Of a DNA stretch of 48,257 nt, positions 43,942-48,257 are shown one piece after another; positions within the stretch are counted from its first letter, which is position 1, and each line of letters opens with the position of its first letter. The translations under genes and the position numbers were made by a program. The notes beneath the pieces are model-generated. The model was given only the letters and a program-made list of their open reading frames with translations, was not told the DNA's origin and made no database searches. Source of the DNA: Candidatus Methylomirabilota bacterium (GTDB lineage: Bacteria; Methylomirabilota; Methylomirabilia; Methylomirabilales; CSP1-5); the NCBI GenBank assembly GCA_019456075.1, contig VRUN01000005.1, positions 1 to 48,257 of the forward strand, in the 5' to 3' direction.

Positions 43942-44814
43942 TTAGCGTTCTCCCCACTTGAGTTTTGACCGAAGGATCTCGTAGTAACTTTTCTTTGGGG
44001 ACGCGATGAGGGTAATCTCTCGGTCGGCGCGACGGACCTCCACCAGATCCCGATGTCGGAGGGGGAAGCCCACCTGCCCGTCCAGGGTGAGATACACATC
44101 CTCATCCTGCGATTCGAGGACCACCTGGACATTGACCTCTTCCGGCAGGACCAAGGGGCGGTTGGTCAACGTATGTGGACAGATTGGGACCAGGATGACA
44201 GCATGCATACTGGGAAAGAGGATTGGACCCCCGGCGGAGAGGCCGTAGGCCGTGGAACCAGTCGGGGTACAGATGATGAGACCATCGGCGCGATAGGTGG
44301 TGACGTATTCCTGTTCGACCAAGACCTCAAGCTCAATGATACGCGCCAACGCCCCCTTTGTCATCACTGCATCGTTCAAGACGACGTACTCAGCAACCGG
44401 CTCCCCCTGTCGGTGGACTGTCACCTGGAGAAGCATGCGCCGGCTCGCTCGATATTTTCCGTCCAGTACCGTCCCCAACACCGGGTACAGCTCATCGAGC
44501 GTGATCTCAGTCAAGAAACCCAGTCCGCCAAGATTCACTCCGAGGATCGGAACCTCCTCGGACCCCACCAACCTGGCCACTGAAAGGAGGGTTCCATCCC
44601 CGCCCAGTACGATCACGAGATCTGCCGCCCGGGGGACATCCGCTTTTTCGATTCCTGCTTCGTCGGCTCCGGCAAGTGTCGCAGTGTCGAGGTCAAGGAC
44701 GACCTCTCGATCTTTCGCCCTGAGCCAGGCGATGAGCTGGCGGACTGCCTCCTGGGCCTCAGGCCGATGTGACTTCGCCACGATGCCAATACACGTAAAT
44801 GGCCCTGGTCCCAT
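43942..44814 (-). CDS. nadK: NAD kinase
   Basis: LVIVLGGDGTLLS, NLGGLGFLTE and TPTGSTAYGLSAGGPI. Confidence 0.93.
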   Translation of the reverse strand: MGPGPFTCIGIVAKSHRPEAQEAVRQLIAWLRAKDREVVLDLDTATLAGADEAGIEKADVPRAADLVIVLGGDGTLLSVARLVGSEEVPILGVNLGGLGFLTEITLDELYPVLGTVLDGKYRASRRMLLQVTVHRQGEPVAEYVVLNDAVMTKGALARIIELEVLVEQEYVTTYRADGLIICTPTGSTAYGLSAGGPILFPSMHAVILVPICPHTLTNRPLVLPEEVNVQVVLESQDEDVYLTLDGQVGFPLRHRDLVEVRRADREITLIASPKKSYYEILRSKLKWGER

Positions 44815-44823
44815 TTTCAGGCC

Positions 44824-45651
44824 TCAGCGACCCTTCTCCCCTTGGAACCTTGCGCCAAGGGAGTCGACCGTCTCCTCGATCCACCGCTGGATGTCTCCAG
44901 CATCGTCGAGGACCGTCCCGCGCCGCGCCAGGAGAACGAAGAACTCACAATTTCCCTTTGTCCCCGTGATCGGCGATACACAGAGACCCTTGACCGCCAT
45001 ACCTAACCTCTCCGCTGCGGCGGCCACCTTGCGAATCGCCTCGCCATGCTTTCGGGGATCTCGAACCACTCCCCCTCTCCCGACTTCCCTCTTCCCTACC
45101 TCAAACTGCGGTTTGATCAGGGCAACGATCTCGCCGTGTGAGGCGAGGAGATCTCTCATAACGGGAAACACAAGCGTGAGAGAGATGAAGGCGACATCGA
45201 TCACCACGAGATCAGGTAGGGCAGGAAGGTGACTACGCGTGAGGTGCCGGACATTCACCCGTTCCAGGCAGATAACTCGGGGATCGCTGCGGAGACGCTG
45301 GTGCAAGTGGCCATGGCCCACGTCCAGGGCGATAACCCGCGCCGCGCCAGCCTGAAGGAGACAATCGGTAAACCCGCCTGTTCCCGCCCCGACGTCGATA
45401 CAGACCTTATCCATGACAGAGATGCCAAAGGTGTCGAGGGCGCCCTGAAGCTTGACACCCCCCCGGCTGACGAATGGGTGTTCCGGACCCACGACGGCGA
45501 CCGTCGCTTCCGGCGCGATGAGGGTCCCCGCTTTGTCGACCCGTCGGCCATCCACTCGCACCTGCCCAGCAAGGATTAATCTTCGTGCGCGTTCTTGGCT
45601 TTCAACCAGCCCCGCTTCCAACACGCGCTGATCCAAACGCTTCCGCACCAT
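44824..45651 (-). CDS. tlyA: TlyA-family 16S/23S rRNA (cytidine-2'-O)-methyltransferase
   Basis: N-terminal S4 domain (RLDQRVLEAGLVESQERARRLILAGQVRVDG) plus an FtsJ-like methyltransferase domain (IDVGAGTGGFTDCLLQAGA, DVAFISL). Confidence 0.9.
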   Translation of the reverse strand: MVRKRLDQRVLEAGLVESQERARRLILAGQVRVDGRRVDKAGTLIAPEATVAVVGPEHPFVSRGGVKLQGALDTFGISVMDKVCIDVGAGTGGFTDCLLQAGAARVIALDVGHGHLHQRLRSDPRVICLERVNVRHLTRSHLPALPDLVVIDVAFISLTLVFPVMRDLLASHGEIVALIKPQFEVGKREVGRGGVVRDPRKHGEAIRKVAAAAERLGMAVKGLCVSPITGTKGNCEFFVLLARRGTVLDDAGDIQRWIEETVDSLGARFQGEKGR

Positions 45652-45739
45652 CGTCTTGCCGTCAGCAGCCGGGTATCAGGTGCCAGGCTGTAAAAAGGCC
45701 ATCCTTATCGCTCACCACTGACAGCAGACCCCCTCGCGT

Positions 45740-45979
45740 TTAGCCCTTGTCCCCCTCGAACGGTGCCTCTTGGTACTCGCCTCGCTCGTTCTTCAAGAGG
45801 ATTGTGATTCGCCGCTCTGCCTCCTCCAGGCGGTGGGTGCACACCTTCGTCAGATGAACCCCCTCCTCGAAGAGACGGAGAGACTCTTCTAAAGGAAGCT
45901 CACCCGATTCCAAACGGTTCACCACCGCTTCAAGTCTGGTTAGCGCCTCCTCAAATTTGATCTCTGTGTCGTCCGCCAT
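45740..45979 (-). CDS. xseB: exodeoxyribonuclease VII small subunit
   Basis: 79 aa with FEEALTRLEAVVNRLESGELPLEESLRLFEEGVHL. Confidence 0.92.
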   Translation of the reverse strand: MADDTEIKFEEALTRLEAVVNRLESGELPLEESLRLFEEGVHLTKVCTHRLEEAERRITILLKNERGEYQEAPFEGDKG

Positions 45980-46039
45980 CGTTCCGCTGCTCTCCTCCTC
46001 GTCCTTCGTCTCCGATGAACGGAATATGCCCTCTTGAGC

Positions 46040-47248
46040 CTATTGTCGCCGCTCTTCGACGCGACAGATGAGTCCCCCCTGCGCCAAGAGCACCTCTACT
46101 TGCCCCCCCTCCACCACGGAGGCTGCACGCGTTACGATCTCGAGGTCGGGAACCTGCCGGCACACGCTGTACCCTCGAGCCAGAATCGCCAGTGGGCTCA
46201 GCGAATCGAGCTTGGCCGCCATCGTCCTAAGATCCCCCCGCCAGAGGGCAAGACGATGGCTCATGACCGACTGAAACGCCAGTATTCCATCCCTAAGCTG
46301 CTCCCGCTGCCGCTTGATCCGCTCCAAAGGGCTCAGAAGCCGCAGGTGGCGCTCAAGACTCCGCAACCGTTCCCCGCTCCTCTCCGTCCGGTACCGCATG
46401 TGACTCACCAGGCGACTCGTGAGATCGTCCACCCGCTGGGTGAGCTCGGCCTTACGCGAGATGACGATCTCGGCGGCTGCCGAAGGGGTCGGAGCCCGGA
46501 CATCGGCGACGAAGTCGGCAATGGTGAGGTCAGTCTCATGCCCCACAGCAGAGATAACCGGCGTTTGGGAGGTATAAATTGCACGTGCAACCTGCTCCTC
46601 GTTAAATGCCCAGAGATCTTCGATAGACCCTCCCCCCCGAGCCACGATGAGCACATCCAGGCCCCCTCGTTTGTTCAGGACCTCGATCCCTTCCACGATC
46701 TCTCTCGCGGCACCCTCCCCCTGCACCCTGACAGGGAGAATCATGATCTCCACATTGGCGAACCGTCGGTGGATGATCTGGAGCATATCCCGGATCGCCG
46801 CACCGGTCGGCGACGTTACAATACCGATTCGTTCGGGGAGGAGTGGGATGGGTCGCTTCCGAGCGGGGTCGAAAAGACCTTCTGTCTCGAGACGAGTCTT
46901 GAGTTGCTCAAAGGCAAGCTGGAGCGCGCCGCGCCCCTTCGGCTCCATGTATTCCGCATAGATTTGGTATTCCCCGCGAGGCTCGTAGATGGTGACGTTG
47001 CCAAAGACGACGACCGCCAGCCCATCCTCCGGCCGAAACTGGAGCCCTCGGTTGCTCCCTCGGAACATCACCGCGCGGAGCTGCCCACGGTCGTCCTTGA
47101 GGGTAAAGTACATATGGCCCGAGGTGTGGTGTTTAAAGTTGGAGATCTCTCCTTCGACCCACACCCCGGTGAAGGTATCCTCGATGAGGACCTTGAGCTC
47201 GGAGGTTAGCTCAGTAACGCTGTAGATACGCGGCGTTTGCAATTCCAC
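46040..47248 (-). CDS. xseA: exodeoxyribonuclease VII large subunit
   Basis: N-terminal OB fold (IYSVTELTSELKVLIEDTFTGVWVEGEISNFKHHTSGHMYFTLKD), catalytic domain (RIGIVTSPTGAAIRD, ARGGGSIEDLWAFN, SAVGHETD). Start is GTG 47248, or TTG 47242, which has AGGGG 8 nt upstream. Confidence 0.92.
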   Translation of the reverse strand: MELQTPRIYSVTELTSELKVLIEDTFTGVWVEGEISNFKHHTSGHMYFTLKDDRGQLRAVMFRGSNRGLQFRPEDGLAVVVFGNVTIYEPRGEYQIYAEYMEPKGRGALQLAFEQLKTRLETEGLFDPARKRPIPLLPERIGIVTSPTGAAIRDMLQIIHRRFANVEIMILPVRVQGEGAAREIVEGIEVLNKRGGLDVLIVARGGGSIEDLWAFNEEQVARAIYTSQTPVISAVGHETDLTIADFVADVRAPTPSAAAEIVISRKAELTQRVDDLTSRLVSHMRYRTERSGERLRSLERHLRLLSPLERIKRQREQLRDGILAFQSVMSHRLALWRGDLRTMAAKLDSLSPLAILARGYSVCRQVPDLEIVTRAASVVEGGQVEVLLAQGGLICRVEERRQ

Positions 47249-47304
47249 AGCCCCTACTTAACATACCCCCCCTTTCTTGTCAAACCCTTCGCCGATCCAT
47301 GAAG

Positions 47305-48257
47305 TCACCCCGAATCCCCCGCCCAGACTCCAAGCTCCTGCCGATAAGTCTTCTGCGTTACCACCCCGTTGCGAAATTCAAAGGTGACCGCCCCATCTCG
47401 GTCCGTCCGAAAGATCTCGACTCCCTGGGCAGCGTATCGAGTGAGGGATTCGGGATGCGGATGGTTATAGCGGTTCCGGTCACCTGCCTGAACCACCGCC
47501 CAACGGGGTTTCACGCGCCGCAGAAAAGAGGCCGAGCTACTCCGCCGGCTTCCGTGGTGAGGAACTTTGAGCAGGTCCGCATGGAGCATCACGTGAGCAT
47601 CGAGGAGAGATACCTCACCTTCCTTCTCGATGTCACCTGTGAGGAGGAGACGGAACGGTTGGTGATCGATAGCGAGGACGAGGGAATTGTTATTGACAAT
47701 CGCCGAGGCGCGCCCTTTCGGGCGGATCAAGAATGATTTGGGCGGGTGAAGAACCGTTACCGTCACCTCGGCGCCCATGGGGATGCGCTCTCCTCGCGTG
47801 ATCCGCCGCAGGGGGATCCCCTGCTTTCGCACAAAATCTTGAAGCCAGCCGTACGTGGGAGCCGTGGAGGGGTACCCAGATTCCCACACTTCCCCCACCG
47901 GAAAGTTTTCGAGGACTGCCCGCAGCCCGCGTATGTGGTCAGGTTGTGGATGAGAGAGCACAACCACATCGAGATGTCGCACCCACCGATGCCAAAGGTA
48001 AGGTGCGACGACCCGTTCACCTATGTCGAACCGATCATCGAGGCTCCCGCCGCCATCCACCAACATAGTCCGCCGGCCCGGCAGCTCTAAGAAGATCGCA
48101 TCCCCCTGCCCGACATCGAGAAAGGTGGCTTCCATTCCCGATCGTTCGGGAGGAAAAAGCTTCCAGCCGACCTGCCCCAGAAGGAGGAGGGTGGTCACGC
48201 CAACCAGAAGCATCCTTCGCCGCACTGTCGGAAAGAGAATGAGACCCAAAAGGCCAT
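47305..48257 (-). CDS. comEC: ComEC/Rec2 DNA internalisation protein, C-terminal part (last TM + metallo-beta-lactamase domain); 5' end outside window
   Basis: MEATFLDVGQGDAIFLE...TMLVDGGG, VVLSHPQPDHIRGL and LKVPHHGS are MBL-fold motifs typical of the ComEC C-terminus. The reading frame stays open to the window edge; the track start at 48249 is a TTG. Confidence 0.85.
   Translation of the reverse strand, partial: GLLGLILFPTVRRRMLLVGVTTLLLLGQVGWKLFPPERSGMEATFLDVGQGDAIFLELPGRRTMLVDGGGSLDDRFDIGERVVAPYLWHRWVRHLDVVVLSHPQPDHIRGLRAVLENFPVGEVWESGYPSTAPTYGWLQDFVRKQGIPLRRITRGERIPMGAEVTVTVLHPPKSFLIRPKGRASAIVNNNSLVLAIDHQPFRLLLTGDIEKEGEVSLLDAHVMLHADLLKVPHHGSRRSSSASFLRRVKPRWAVVQAGDRNRYNHPHPESLTRYAAQGVEIFRTDRDGAVTFEFRNGVVTQKTYRQELGVWAGDSG

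Noticed and set aside
47249-47304. Leaderless xseA mRNA from TTGACA-N17-TAAGTA, with GTG 47248 lying 6 nt after the -10.
   Set aside because: The -10 hexamer is poor, matching 2/6. A TTG at 47242 has AGGGG 8 nt upstream, which gives a conventional leadered alternative.

Overview
GC-rich (about 60% by eye) chromosomal segment from a diderm bacterium, since LptCAB, TonB and DegP are present. I cannot assign a phylum from sequence alone. About 47 protein genes are almost all on the minus strand, tightly packed, often with 4-nt ATGA/GTGA overlaps. Only a tRNA-Leu(CAG) and one small orphan ORF are on the plus strand. Most of the content is housekeeping:
- TCA cycle genes: sdhA-like 5' end, mdh, icd.
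- GTPases der and hflX.
- Two pgsA-type CDP-alcohol phosphatidyltransferases.
- An aromatic amino-acid operon, pheA-hisC-aroF-tyrA.
- scpAB, comEA and lysC.
- The conserved lptC-lptA-lptB-rpoN-hpf-rapZ cluster.
- gcdH, a yhaM-like RNase, fadD, rmuC, a sigma-70-family factor and degP.
- A block of poorly characterised envelope proteins: a DUF4388/GspG-like chimera and a TPR/Zn-ribbon polytopic protein.
- A DUF62 SAM hydrolase plus PaaI thioesterase, an M50 protease, a penicillin/AHL-acylase-family Ntn hydrolase and tonB.
- The xseA-xseB-tlyA-nadK-recN cluster and the 3' part of comEC.

I saw no transposase, integrase, CRISPR array or rRNA.

Observations most worth follow-up:
1. A tandem pair of unannotated 21-codon, roughly 60% lysine micro-ORFs with duplicated near-perfect Shine-Dalgarno leaders in an exact 123-nt register. 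They are followed by a hairpin and lie just upstream of glutaryl-CoA dehydrogenase, a lysine-catabolic enzyme.
2. The long-form hpf next to rpoN is interrupted by a frameshift in an A-run and by an in-frame TAA exactly at the interdomain linker.
3. A family of intergenic imperfect palindromes built from GTTCAC heptads occurs at three loci.
4. A wHTH-plus-degenerate-nucleotidyltransferase / HEPN gene pair.
5. A near-consensus sigma-54 promoter candidate.

All functional calls come from motif and family recognition by eye. No database search was possible.
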